DNA from: an uncultured bacterium
Lineage (GTDB): Bacteria > Zixibacteria > MSB-5A5 > CAIYYT01
Assembly (NCBI GenBank): GCA_963726455.1
Contig: CAVSCK010000005.1
Span: 448,001-512,000 of the forward strand
Direction: 5' to 3'
Length of the DNA stretch: 64,000 nt
Shown piece after piece: positions 22,612-32,263 of this stretch; position 1 is the stretch's first letter; the number at the start of each line of letters is the position of its first letter. The notes under the pieces were generated by a model. The model was given only the letters and a program-made list of their open reading frames with translations, was not told the origin of the DNA and did no database searches. A program made the translations under genes and the position numbers.

Positions 22612-23297
22612 ACGATCTGATTCTGTCAATCGGCACGTCGCTCTGGCTCGGTATTCTCACATCGATCAGTCCCTGTCCTCTGGCGACCAACATTGCCGCG
22701 ATCTCATTCGTCACCCGACGCGTCGGTCAGTCACGCCAGGTTCTGATTTCAGGATTGCTGTACACCGCAGGCCGGGTGATCGCATACGGCGCTCTGGGTG
22801 TCATCATTACTGCCGGCATACTTTCGATGTCCGACATTTCCCTCACGCTGCAGCGTTACATGAATCGGCTGCTCGGGCCGCTGCTAATATTGGTTGGGAT
22901 GTTCCTGCTGGAATTGCTCAGTTTCGGCGGCAAGGGTGCCAGCGTCTCCGACAAGATGCAGCGCCGAGTGGAGCGGATGGGCATGTGGGGCGCTTTGCCG
23001 CTCGGCTTTGTTTTTGCTCTCACCTTCTGTCCCGTATCAGCGGCACTCTTCTTCGGCAGCTTGATTCCGCTCTCGGTTGAATCCAATTCTGTGCTGATGC
23101 TGCCATCACTGTTCGGCATCGGCACCGCCTTGCCGGTGATCACTTTTGCCGTGGCGCTGGCTATCAGCGTAAATACCGCCGCGAAATTGTTCGAGCATAC
23201 CAGGAAAGTTGAGTGGTGGGCCCGCCGCGTGACCGGAATCGTCTTGATCCTGGTGGGTATCTACCTCTGCCTGCGCTACATCTTCGATATCCTTTAG
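22608..23297 (+). CDS. ArsG-family (CcdA/DsbD-like) membrane protein
   Basis: GILTSISPCPLATNIAA and FALTFCPVSAALFFG; about six TMs. Confidence 0.8.
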   Translation: MNDLILSIGTSLWLGILTSISPCPLATNIAAISFVTRRVGQSRQVLISGLLYTAGRVIAYGALGVIITAGILSMSDISLTLQRYMNRLLGPLLILVGMFLLELLSFGGKGASVSDKMQRRVERMGMWGALPLGFVFALTFCPVSAALFFGSLIPLSVESNSVLMLPSLFGIGTALPVITFAVALAISVNTAAKLFEHTRKVEWWARRVTGIVLILVGIYLCLRYIFDIL

Positions 23298-24013
23298 TGC
23301 GCCCCGATATATGCGCCATTACGTAAGAACGGCGCACACTCGGAGACATCGATCTCCGCCGCCAGGTTGATGTCTGATCCGAAACCGATATCGATCATTT
23401 CTTTGCCTGATGCGCATCTTCGCAGGGTCTCCAGGGGATTTCTCTTCACTGACTCGAAGGCCGCGACGGCAATCTCCGCTTCCGGGGAACGTGAACCGGT
23501 TAACCGCGACACGATTGCCCCGGCACCGATAAGATCTTCGATTGCGAATCGCAAACTTCCATCCGGCCATTTCTCACCGGCCGATATCACGGCGATTCTC
23601 TTGCCCAGCTTCTGCGCTGCTGCCGCCACTGATGCTGCATTGCGGGGACAGCCCGCAAACGTCGGCAGGTTGCCCGTTGCCGTGCTAAGTGTTGATCCGT
23701 TTGGCGAAGGCAAGATCAATCGCGTCCCAGCCGGAATCTTCTGCAGGGAAACCGGCGACAAGGAATAGCCACCTTGCGCTTCACGACGGGATTTCGCCAC
23801 CACACCGCCGATTGATTCGGCAAAGACCGAGGAGGACATATCGCGCCACCGATACGGATAGACAACAGCACCCCGGCTTACGGCCACGTCCACGCAGGTC
23901 GAAAATGAAAGGATGTCTACGATGATTATCGCATCACATTGAGGAGCCAACGCCTCTATGCCTGCCAGCCCCCACTCGCACTTGATATCAAATTCGCTTT
24001 GATCGACAAACAT
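23294..24013 (-). CDS. 2-phosphosulfolactate phosphatase (ComB) family protein
   Basis: IIVDILSFST, SLSP, LPSPNGS, FAIEDLIGAGA. Confidence 0.85.
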   Translation of the reverse strand: MFVDQSEFDIKCEWGLAGIEALAPQCDAIIIVDILSFSTCVDVAVSRGAVVYPYRWRDMSSSVFAESIGGVVAKSRREAQGGYSLSPVSLQKIPAGTRLILPSPNGSTLSTATGNLPTFAGCPRNAASVAAAAQKLGKRIAVISAGEKWPDGSLRFAIEDLIGAGAIVSRLTGSRSPEAEIAVAAFESVKRNPLETLRRCASGKEMIDIGFGSDINLAAEIDVSECAPFLRNGAYIGAH

Positions 24014-24062
24014 TAGCTTGAAATTGCAGATTGTGAATAGTTATTGGGTGCCGCCGGCCGTA

Positions 24063-25217
24063 TCACGCACTCGGCGTCGGAGCTTTCTTCCGAAACATCA
24101 CCATTGTGAGTGCTCCCGCTCCGATTGCCCAGGCCACGAAATACACCACCCAGCCCAAGATCGGTATCTTGTAGCCGAGAGCCAATAGAATCATTCCCAC
24201 TAAGAGTGACCAACCGAGCGATATCCTGCCCTCCCTCTTGACCAAACGCAGTAACACCAGACCGAGTGTGATGGCCACAATAATGCGCGAAATCAGAAAC
24301 ATTAGAAAATAGATGGAAAGTCCCGCGAACGTGATCGGCAAACCGACGAACGTGAATCCGATTAAGATCAGCGCGATTGGTATGACGATTATGACAGCGA
24401 CTCCGATCAGTCCATCCAGTGCCGCATTCTTCTTGACTTCCTCAATGACCATCACGACTCCCTCACGCCTGATCAATATTACCAGAGCTCCCAGCACCAA
24501 CGAGCCGCCCAGGAAGATCAGCGACCACATCAGACCTGACGGAAAAGGGACATAGGAATTCGACTCCGCCGATTCCGATGATTTCTTTTTCCACTTCACC
24601 CCGCCATTGATCTGCGCTTCCGGAGCGATGCTGCCCTTGTTCTTTGAGGTGTAGTTTAGCTCTCCCCCGATTATGGCATCAGGCGTTACCGAAACATGAT
24701 CCGCCTTGATTCTGACATCGCCGTTTATCCGGCCGGCTATCGTCACAGTGCCGCCGCTGGCATACACTTTACCGTCAACTGTCCCGTCGATATAGACCTC
24801 GGCCCCGAACATGGCCAGATCCCTGCCCACGGTGGCATCGTTGCCTAGCGTCAAGTCGGCGCCAAATGCGATCAGGTCGCCATCCACCCGCGACATAACA
24901 TTGACTGTCTCCCCGAAAGCCCGCAACGAACGGCAGATTTCGCCATTGATACTGATCTTCTGTGCGCCGGCATTTACGTTGCCGTCGACGGTGCCGTTAA
25001 TAGTGACGTAGCGCGCCGCCGTCAGTACATCGCCGGTAATATTGCCGTCAAAATTGACCGTCGTCCCGGTGAGAAACAGGTCTTCTTGATAATCGCCGGT
25101 GATATAAACATCGGTGGCGGTCTTCAGTTGCAGAGCTGAAACCGGTAAGACGTTGACAAAGAGCAACGTCAACGCCAAGCTTATTGTGCGAATCGAAGCC
25201 ATCATTGTTCCCGTCAT
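24063..25217 (-). CDS. Bactofilin/polymer-forming repeat protein with C-terminal multi-TM domain
   Basis: Signal peptide; repeated I.G.V.GD beta-helix units; about five C-terminal TMs ending IPILGW. Confidence 0.8.
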   Translation of the reverse strand: MTGTMMASIRTISLALTLLFVNVLPVSALQLKTATDVYITGDYQEDLFLTGTTVNFDGNITGDVLTAARYVTINGTVDGNVNAGAQKISINGEICRSLRAFGETVNVMSRVDGDLIAFGADLTLGNDATVGRDLAMFGAEVYIDGTVDGKVYASGGTVTIAGRINGDVRIKADHVSVTPDAIIGGELNYTSKNKGSIAPEAQINGGVKWKKKSSESAESNSYVPFPSGLMWSLIFLGGSLVLGALVILIRREGVVMVIEEVKKNAALDGLIGVAVIIVIPIALILIGFTFVGLPITFAGLSIYFLMFLISRIIVAITLGLVLLRLVKREGRISLGWSLLVGMILLALGYKIPILGWVVYFVAWAIGAGALTMVMFRKKAPTPSA

Positions 25218-25425
25218 TGTCAGTACATCGCTAGCTTATTGAACGTAGCCGCAGCCCGTAAGTTACGTAGCAATATCAGTGCGGCTGACTTTCGACAATG
25301 GGTAAACATGGCGTTACGTTTAGGCAAGGAGAATTTTGCGGCCTGGCTGCGGGCACAAACCGGTTGACTTCGGCCGGCAATTTGTTAAAATATCGCGATT
25401 CTATTGATTAACTTTGGAGGAAACC

Positions 25426-25899
25426 TTGAAAAAGACCGTCCTTTTGCTTCTGTTTGGCATTGCCACCCTTTCTACTCTGTGGCTGGCCGGCTGCGCTTCC
25501 GAACCCGCCCCGACGCAGAAGCTTTACACCGATTCCAAGATGATGTGGGATGAAGTCAACCGTGCCTTTACGCTGCCCGGTCGCTCGCCTGAACGCGTTG
25601 ACCTGATGAACAAAATCCTCAGTGAAAAGTGGGACGTTCAAATTGTCAGTAATCTTCAACAATACCTCAAGGATGCCCCTAACGGCAAATACGCCAAAGA
25701 GGCCACCGACTTGCTGGAAAAGGCGCGGCAATCAGACAAGTTGCGCATGCTGGCTCAGGTTCGGCCAATGCTGGAGCAGCAAGGCATCCCCAAAACCGCC
25801 GCAGAATCTGACTCTGTTGCGGCCCGCCTGAATCGGGAGCGTATGCAGCAGTCCGGTTCCGATACCGCCGCCAAACCGGCGACTACCGGCGGCCAATAG
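25426..25899 (+). CDS. Hypothetical lipoprotein
   Basis: SD GGAGG, TTG start, lipobox LAGC; YL...P.G.YA..A helical motif. Confidence 0.75.
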   Translation: MKKTVLLLLFGIATLSTLWLAGCASEPAPTQKLYTDSKMMWDEVNRAFTLPGRSPERVDLMNKILSEKWDVQIVSNLQQYLKDAPNGKYAKEATDLLEKARQSDKLRMLAQVRPMLEQQGIPKTAAESDSVAARLNRERMQQSGSDTAAKPATTGGQ

Positions 25900-26096
25900 C
25901 GGTTTACGCATATTCCTGGACTTTTCAGCCCACGTCACCACAGGGCGTGGGCTCTTCTCTGCCTAAGGGAATTTGATTAAGGCGGTTTTCCGAAATCATA
26001 CCCCGGTTTCCGGTGTTTCCAGTCCACCAAATTTCTTTGCATTTTCTCCGAAATGAATTAGATTGACCTCTGTACTACTGGCCGACTGGGAGTCAT

Positions 26097-27302
26097 ATGT
26101 TTCAGTTCGCGCTGCTGACACTATCGGCGGTAGTCATACTTGTTTCCTCTCTTTTCGGCGGAGTCCTGAAAGTCCCCGCCCAATACTCCACAATACAGGC
26201 TGGAATTGTCGCCGCGAAAAATAGCGATACGGTTTTGGTCTCGCCCGGCATCTACTATGAAAACATCAAGTTCCTGGGGAAGAAGATCGTGGTAGCATCG
26301 CGCTACATCATCGACAAGAATCCCAACACGATTCGCGGTACCGTCATTGATGGCAGTCGTCCTGTCCATTCCGATTCGGCCTCGGTTGTGTTATTCAAGT
26401 CTACTGAGGATTCCACCAGCGTATTGTGTGGCTTTACACTGATCAATGGCGTCGGCACCATTATGCCCGGCACGTTTGTCGGCGGCGGTATACTTGTCAC
26501 CGGCGGAAGCGCCCCTACGATCAAATACAACATCATTCGCAACAACAGCGCCATCTCCGGCGGCGGAATAGCCGTTCGTTTCGGATTTCCAACAATCGCC
26601 AACAATGCCATTGTCGCCAACGTGGCCAACAACGGCGGCGGCATCTGGTTGGAAAACGGCCAGGTCATTGTCACACATAATGTGATTCGCCAGAATGTTG
26701 CCGATGCCAATGGCGGCGGAGTTGTCGTCAAAGCCGCGGCGCTCCTGTTCTTCAACAACTCGGTCACGGATAATCTCGCAACCCAGGGCGGCGGTGTCTA
26801 CTGTGACAGCGGCTTCTGGGACATTGGCTTTAACAATTTCTTCCGCAACACCGGTGGCAATTTCGTGGGTTGCGGCAGCCCTGGCCTTGGCGATAACACC
26901 CGCACCAAGAATTTCAATCTCGATTCCGCCGATGACTATCAGAATATCTTTATTGAACCTCTCTATACGAATCCTGCCGCCCACGATTATTCGTTATCCT
27001 GCCAGTCCCGCCTGATTGATGCCGGCGCTGCGATTCCAGCAACCTATCCGCTGGGTGGCGCACGCGAGGATATCGGCATGTTCGAGTATCCCTATCGTGT
27101 CGGCGATCTCACCGGTGACGGCAGAGTTAACGTCGCCGATGCGACCGCCCTTATTAACATCATCTTCCTGGATACGCCGATTCCCTGTCCAATCTATTCC
27201 GCCGACGCCGACTGCGACCGCATGATTACGATCGCTGACGTCATCGCCATGATCAACTACTGGATGGGAATTTCCCAGACTTCCTGCCTGTTTATCCGGT
27301 AA
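26097..27302 (+). CDS. Right-handed parallel beta-helix protein with C-terminal dockerin-like domain
   Basis: VPAQYSTIQAGI..DTVLVSPGIYYENI; N..GGGI repeats; DIGMFEY; GDLTGDGRVNVAD / DADCDRMITIAD. Confidence 0.85.
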   Translation: MFQFALLTLSAVVILVSSLFGGVLKVPAQYSTIQAGIVAAKNSDTVLVSPGIYYENIKFLGKKIVVASRYIIDKNPNTIRGTVIDGSRPVHSDSASVVLFKSTEDSTSVLCGFTLINGVGTIMPGTFVGGGILVTGGSAPTIKYNIIRNNSAISGGGIAVRFGFPTIANNAIVANVANNGGGIWLENGQVIVTHNVIRQNVADANGGGVVVKAAALLFFNNSVTDNLATQGGGVYCDSGFWDIGFNNFFRNTGGNFVGCGSPGLGDNTRTKNFNLDSADDYQNIFIEPLYTNPAAHDYSLSCQSRLIDAGAAIPATYPLGGAREDIGMFEYPYRVGDLTGDGRVNVADATALINIIFLDTPIPCPIYSADADCDRMITIADVIAMINYWMGISQTSCLFIR

Positions 27303-27332
27303 CGCTGAGCCAATAATAGGATCGCGTCAACT

Positions 27333-27391
27333 TGTCATTACGAGAAGTGTATTGGTGAGGTGTAATTAGCGAGGGCACGACCGAGCAATCT
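27333..27391. repeat. Degenerate TGTCATT(G)CGAG...CGAC..AGCAATCT-type intergenic repeat
   Basis: Resembles a widespread REP-like class; single copy in this window. Confidence 0.35.
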
Positions 27392-27396
27392 GACTC

Positions 27397-27435
27397 AAAA
27401 TAAGAACGCCGGCAGGTGACCCCTCCTACCGGCGT
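27397..27435 (-). terminator. Intrinsic terminator of the PDZ gene
   Basis: Minus strand ACGCCGGTAGG-loop-CCTGCCGGCGT followed by TCTTATTTT. Confidence 0.65.
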
Positions 27436-27508
27436 ATCCACGAATGAAAGGATGGATGTCGTGATCCTTTCTGGCGTTTCTATACCACTGACCTATGTCA
27501 GCTAGTTG

Positions 27509-28438
27509 CTATTTCATTTTGCTTTCCAACTGGTCCAGTTTGCGCTGCATTTCATCCAACTTGTGCTGCAAATCATCCAGTTTCTGCTGCATCTGAGTGT
27601 TGTCGGGGTTGTAATTATACATCGGCATCGGCGTGTTCATGCCGCCATGGAAATACGGCATCAACTGCTCCAGGTCGTCGACCGAGCCAAAGCTGTCAAT
27701 CTCGCCCACTTCCACACTGAAACTTTTTTCGGCCTTATCTCTTACGACAACCAGATCAACCTTGTCCCCCTTCTTCATCTCATGAATAGCCGAACTGACA
27801 TCGCTCGGTCCCTCAACCGACTTGTCGTCAACTTTCACGATAACATCGCCGACCTTAAGACCGGCCTTCTCAGCGGGGGTATCTTTGGCGACATCGGTGA
27901 TCAGCGCTCCGTTACCGTCTCTAACCCCAAAATAATCTCCCAGTTTGCCCGCCAGTGGCTCCATCGAAACACCGATTCCCGGCATCTTGCCGATTGTATT
28001 CTGTAATTGCTTCAGGTATCGCTCGCGCGTGCCTCCCCTTGACGAAAGATCTTGCTCACTCCGTTCACCGATCGTTACCGTGACGTCCATTTCTTTGCCG
28101 CCACGACTGATTGTCAGCTTCGCGTTGTCTCCAACTTTACTGTCACCAACCAGTTCAGTGAGTGTCTGCGAATTGTCAACTGTCGCGCCGTTCCATGCCA
28201 AAATAACGTCCTTGGGCTGCAAACCTGCCTTGTCTGCCGGTGAATCATGAGCGACGTCGTTTATCACCACTCCCTTATTCACCGAGAGACCAAATGCCTC
28301 CGCGAGATCGGGGGTCACATCCTGCATATAGACACCTATCCAGGGTTTGCCGGCGGCGTACAGTTGCTGCGCGCTCAACACAGCGGCAAACATCAGCACT
28401 GCTATGACAATGAGGTGTTTTCGGTTAAGAGGCTTCAT
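27509..28438 (-). CDS. Exported protein with two PDZ domains and C-terminal coiled coil
   Basis: WIGVYMQD..SPADKAGLQPKDVI and GIGVSM..TPAEKAGLKVGDVI; no protease domain. Confidence 0.88.
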   Translation of the reverse strand: MKPLNRKHLIVIAVLMFAAVLSAQQLYAAGKPWIGVYMQDVTPDLAEAFGLSVNKGVVINDVAHDSPADKAGLQPKDVILAWNGATVDNSQTLTELVGDSKVGDNAKLTISRGGKEMDVTVTIGERSEQDLSSRGGTRERYLKQLQNTIGKMPGIGVSMEPLAGKLGDYFGVRDGNGALITDVAKDTPAEKAGLKVGDVIVKVDDKSVEGPSDVSSAIHEMKKGDKVDLVVVRDKAEKSFSVEVGEIDSFGSVDDLEQLMPYFHGGMNTPMPMYNYNPDNTQMQQKLDDLQHKLDEMQRKLDQLESKMK

Positions 28439-28619
28439 GAGCTCTCCTTTCTTACTCCTTGTTATATTTTCTTACTGGTTGCCCAGTAAATTAGTTCCAG
28501 ATTGTTGTGGTCTTCTTGACCCTTCATACTTCCGTCCTCCAGTGGGGCGAAGTTCGTTGTTTGGGAGCCGCTTGCGGCAGGATTCGCCAGGCACTATATT
28601 GCCGTCGAGGTTATACGTT

Positions 28620-29843
28620 ATGGCACAAACCCAGCGAGACATCTACTTCGACCACGCCGCGACTACCCCTGTCGACCCAAGAGTACTAGAGGCGATGCTC
28701 CCATACTTTACCGAACGCTTCGGAAATCCTTCCTCGCATATCCATTCCAAAGGAGTTCAGGCCAATCAGGCGTTGGACGAATCACGCGCTGCTGTTGCAC
28801 GACTGATTAATGCCAGTCCGGAGACTATCATCTTCACGTCCGGAGCTACCGAAGCCAACAATCTGGCCATCAGCGGTTACTTGTCCGCTAATCCCAACCG
28901 AGGCAAACACTTAATTATATCGGAGATTGAGCACTACTCCGTGATAAACCTCTGCTTGAAACTCAAGCGTGAGGGCTATGACCTTACGTTACTTAAGGTT
29001 GATCAAAGCGGGTTAGTGAATCCTAACAAACTTCAGGCCGCCATACGCCCTGACACCGCCGTCATTTCGATCCAGCATGCCTCCTCAGAAATCGGCACGA
29101 TTCAGAATATCAAGGATTTAGCGGCTATCGCACGAACGTCGAATGTCTACTTCCATTCGGACGCGGCCGCTTCGGCAGGCAACATTGCGGTAGATGTTGA
29201 CACCCTCCGCGTAGACGCTCTGACCTTTTCGGCACACAACTTCTATGGTCCCAAAGGCGTCGGCGCGCTTTATCTCCGGCCTGGAGTAAATTTGGCAACG
29301 CAGTTAATCGGTGGATTCCAGGAGCACGGCTATCGTTCCGGCACCGAGAACCTGTTGGGAATTGTTGGGATGGCAAAGGCAGCCGAGTTGGCAATCGCAG
29401 AAATGCCTGAGCGAATTGCGCACCTGACAAAATTGCAGGAGCGTCTCTGGCAAGGGCTGTCCAAGAAATATGACTTCTTGCACTTCACCGGCCACAAGAC
29501 CCAGCGTCTGCCCGGGCACGTCAGCTTCTGGATGGAATACATTGAGGGTGAATCTCTGCTGCTCTTCCTCAATGTCTATGGTATCCAAACGGCTTCCGGC
29601 AGCGCCTGTGCCTCGAATATGCGCGGTCGTGACGAAACCGATCTGGCTGCCTCCCATGTGCTAACGGCTGTCGGCGTTCCGGCCGAATACTGCTCCGGTT
29701 CGCTGACCGTCTCGATGGGCAAGGGCAACACTGAAGACGAAGTCGACTACTTTGTTGAGGTCTTTCCACAGGTGGTCGACCGGCTATTGGCTATGTCCCC
29801 ATTATGGGCAGATAAGCTTAAGGGAAAAAATCCGTATTCGTAA
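28620..29843 (+). CDS. iscS: IscS/NifS-family protein (PLP Lys replaced by Asn)
   Basis: YFDHAATTP, FGNPSS, FTSGATEANN, SAH-N-FYGPKG, SGSAC; promoter TTGCGG-17-TATATT at 28572-28600. Confidence 0.9.
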   Translation: MAQTQRDIYFDHAATTPVDPRVLEAMLPYFTERFGNPSSHIHSKGVQANQALDESRAAVARLINASPETIIFTSGATEANNLAISGYLSANPNRGKHLIISEIEHYSVINLCLKLKREGYDLTLLKVDQSGLVNPNKLQAAIRPDTAVISIQHASSEIGTIQNIKDLAAIARTSNVYFHSDAAASAGNIAVDVDTLRVDALTFSAHNFYGPKGVGALYLRPGVNLATQLIGGFQEHGYRSGTENLLGIVGMAKAAELAIAEMPERIAHLTKLQERLWQGLSKKYDFLHFTGHKTQRLPGHVSFWMEYIEGESLLLFLNVYGIQTASGSACASNMRGRDETDLAASHVLTAVGVPAEYCSGSLTVSMGKGNTEDEVDYFVEVFPQVVDRLLAMSPLWADKLKGKNPYS

Positions 29844-29897
29844 TGTGGCGGGGCCGAATCCTGCCATAGGACAAAAAAACTTCATAGGGAGGTATTC

Positions 29898-30512
29898 ATG
29901 AAGAAGCCGGTTTATTTAGCATTGGCTCTTTGTTTATGCGTTGGCTCGCTTCAAGCACAGAATGGGCATCGGCCGACATTTTATCTTAACACGGGCATGA
30001 CCATTCCTTCATCACCGTTCGCCTTTGACTACTTATGGAGCACAGGCCCCAATTTCGGCGCCGGGATCGGCTACTTAGTAGCTCCGATTGTCACCGTTCA
30101 GGGTTACCTTGATTACAGCCACCTGCCAATGAATGATCTGGCATTCATGGGTGCTTATGGTCTCCCAGGCGACGTTAAGAGCATGAGTGGTGGAGCCACG
30201 TCGATCTTCACTCTCTCGGCCAATATTAAGCTGGACATGCGACCTATGGATATGCCCGCCTGGCCATACTTTATCGTAGGCGTCAGCTATTTCCGGGTTT
30301 CGATTCACGATGTGAAATACAACCTCCAGAGCGTCTCCCAAAAGTGGATAGGCAGTCACGAGAATGCTTTCGGCCTCAGCCTGGGGACGGGGGTCGAGAT
30401 CAAGATTCAAAGACGACTTACGGTATTCGCCGAAGGCAAATTGGGTATCGGCTACACGGAAGGCAGCCGGACACAGTACTTCCCACTCAAAGCCGGGATT
30501 TCGTTCCGATAG
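29898..30512 (+). CDS. Small outer-membrane beta-barrel protein
   Basis: Signal peptide; alternating beta strands (PYFIVGVSY, FGLSLGTGVEI); C-terminal GISFR. Confidence 0.75.
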   Translation: MKKPVYLALALCLCVGSLQAQNGHRPTFYLNTGMTIPSSPFAFDYLWSTGPNFGAGIGYLVAPIVTVQGYLDYSHLPMNDLAFMGAYGLPGDVKSMSGGATSIFTLSANIKLDMRPMDMPAWPYFIVGVSYFRVSIHDVKYNLQSVSQKWIGSHENAFGLSLGTGVEIKIQRRLTVFAEGKLGIGYTEGSRTQYFPLKAGISFR

Positions 30513-30616
30513 CTTCGCCAAATAATCCAAGAAATCGGTACCTGACGGGCGTATTTTGACTAAATTACTGTCTGGAAAGATGTGCTTGGGATGGTAAATC
30601 ATTTTTCGGAGTTCTT

Positions 30617-31027
30617 ATGCCTGAAGGCGCCTCACCATATTCCCAGAAAGTAATGGACCATTTCATAAATCCGCGCAACATGGGGGAAATCGCCGATGCC
30701 ACAGTTGTCTCGGATGTCGGCAATCCCGCCTGCGGTGACATGATGCGGCTCTATCTCAAGATAGAAAATGGCGTGATCGTCGATGCCAAATTCAAGACCT
30801 TCGGCTGTGGCGCCGCGATTGCGACGTCGTCTATGTTAACCGAAATGCTCAAAGGCAAGACGCTCGAAGAAGCCAAGTCTATTTCCAACCAGGCGGTTGC
30901 CGAAGCGTTGGACGGACTGCCGCCGGTCAAAATGCACTGCTCGGTGATGGCCGAGGAAGCGCTGCTAAAAGCTCTGGAGATCTATTACGAGTCACATGGC
31001 CCCAAGCCAGATAGTTTCGAAGTCTAA
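30617..31027 (+). CDS. iscU: Fe-S cluster scaffold IscU/NifU
   Basis: [33 protein letters not shown]. Confidence 0.95.
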   Translation: MPEGASPYSQKVMDHFINPRNMGEIADATVVSDVGNPACGDMMRLYLKIENGVIVDAKFKTFGCGAAIATSSMLTEMLKGKTLEEAKSISNQAVAEALDGLPPVKMHCSVMAEEALLKALEIYYESHGPKPDSFEV

Positions 31028-31044
31028 TCCTGTGGAGAGATAAT

Positions 31045-31543
31045 ATGCCCGATACCAAAAAGGAAATCGCCGAGATAATCAAGTTCGGTATCAAGACCGA
31101 AATCGAGGGACAAAACTTCTATTCCACGCTTGCGCAAAAGATCGTTCATCCGGACGCTCGCAAGAAGATCGAGCAATTGGCGGCCGACGAAGCCAATCAT
31201 GAACGCCGTCTGCGGAAACTGCACGACCGCTTTGTCGGCACGGAGGTAACTGATTTGCCCGAAAAAGGCCTCGGCATATTCAAGGATGCCTTTGGTGATA
31301 AGCCGCTGGCCGATAAAGACACCATGCGTCTGATCGCACTGGCGATGGAAGCCGAGCGTTTGTCTGCCAAGCACTACAAGATGGGCGAAGACAAGGCCGC
31401 AGATCTCTCGGTGCGAGAATGTCTTTGCCGAACTGGTTGCCGAAGAGGACGGCCATTACGCATGGCTGGCCGCAGAGCGAGAATCACTGCGCGGACACAC
31501 CGACTGGTTCAGTTATGACGGTTCCGCGATGATGGAGGAGTAA
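31045..31543 (+). CDS. Ferritin-like/rubrerythrin-family di-iron protein (+1 frameshift ~31417)
   Basis: E..G..FY and LAADEANH. The second motif FAELVAEEDGH reads in the shifted frame, which ends at TAA 31541-31543. Confidence 0.85.
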
Positions 31544-31605
31544 GGCCAATCGCGGGCAGAAGCAAAACCAAAGGGCAGAATACCCAGGGAAGGAGGCGCT
31601 CAGAG

Positions 31606-32244
31606 ATGACTCCGGAAATTTACGATATCACGATTGTTGGTGGCGGACCGGCCGGTCTGTTTGGTTCTTTCTATGCCGGGTTGCGCGACGCCAAGACCAA
31701 AATAATCGAAGCTACCAAGACTCTCGGCGGCGCATTGGTGCAGGAATATCCCAACGAAGTCTTGCGCGACGTCGCCGGTTTCGTGTTGATCACCGCTGAG
31801 AAACTTGCCGAACGCTTTATCGAGCAGGCGTCTGCCTATAATCACACGTTCTGCAAAGGTGAGAAAGTCACCGGTCTGGCCTTCGACAAGTCAGACAAGG
31901 TGTGGAAGGTAACTACGGACAAAGGCGAACACCTTTCCAAAGCCGTGGTGTTAGCCACCGGTAGTCTGCAAAACCTGAAGAAGAAACACGCCGCGCTACT
32001 GGAATCGTTCAAGAAGATTGGCGTCAAAGTCAGCGAATTGGGAGTCGTGGTGGATGCGCAGATGCAGACGAATCTCGCCGGCCTGTTCGCGTGCGGAGAT
32101 ATCATCTCGAAACCGAAAGAGATGAACTTCATCACTGCTGCCAGCGCCGAGGCAGCCGTTGCCGTCAACAACGCCAAGAAATACTGCAATCCTGAGGTTA
32201 GCACTTTCCCCGGCTATTCGACCGATATCCGCAAAGCCAAGTAA
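31606..32244 (+). CDS. Short TrxB/YumC-like FAD-binding protein lacking the NADPH domain
   Basis: YDITIVGGGPAG, LATG, TNLAGLFACGD, FPGYST; only 212 aa. Confidence 0.8.
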   Translation: MTPEIYDITIVGGGPAGLFGSFYAGLRDAKTKIIEATKTLGGALVQEYPNEVLRDVAGFVLITAEKLAERFIEQASAYNHTFCKGEKVTGLAFDKSDKVWKVTTDKGEHLSKAVVLATGSLQNLKKKHAALLESFKKIGVKVSELGVVVDAQMQTNLAGLFACGDIISKPKEMNFITAASAEAAVAVNNAKKYCNPEVSTFPGYSTDIRKAK

Positions 32245-32263
32245 GATTTCTTACGATCAAAAC

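Noticed and set aside
28347-28619. N-terminal extension of IscS, and similar extensions of clpP, arsR2, ptb2 and hpf in the ORF track
   Set aside because: The extensions overlap neighbouring genes or promoters; downstream starts fit homology and SD sites better.
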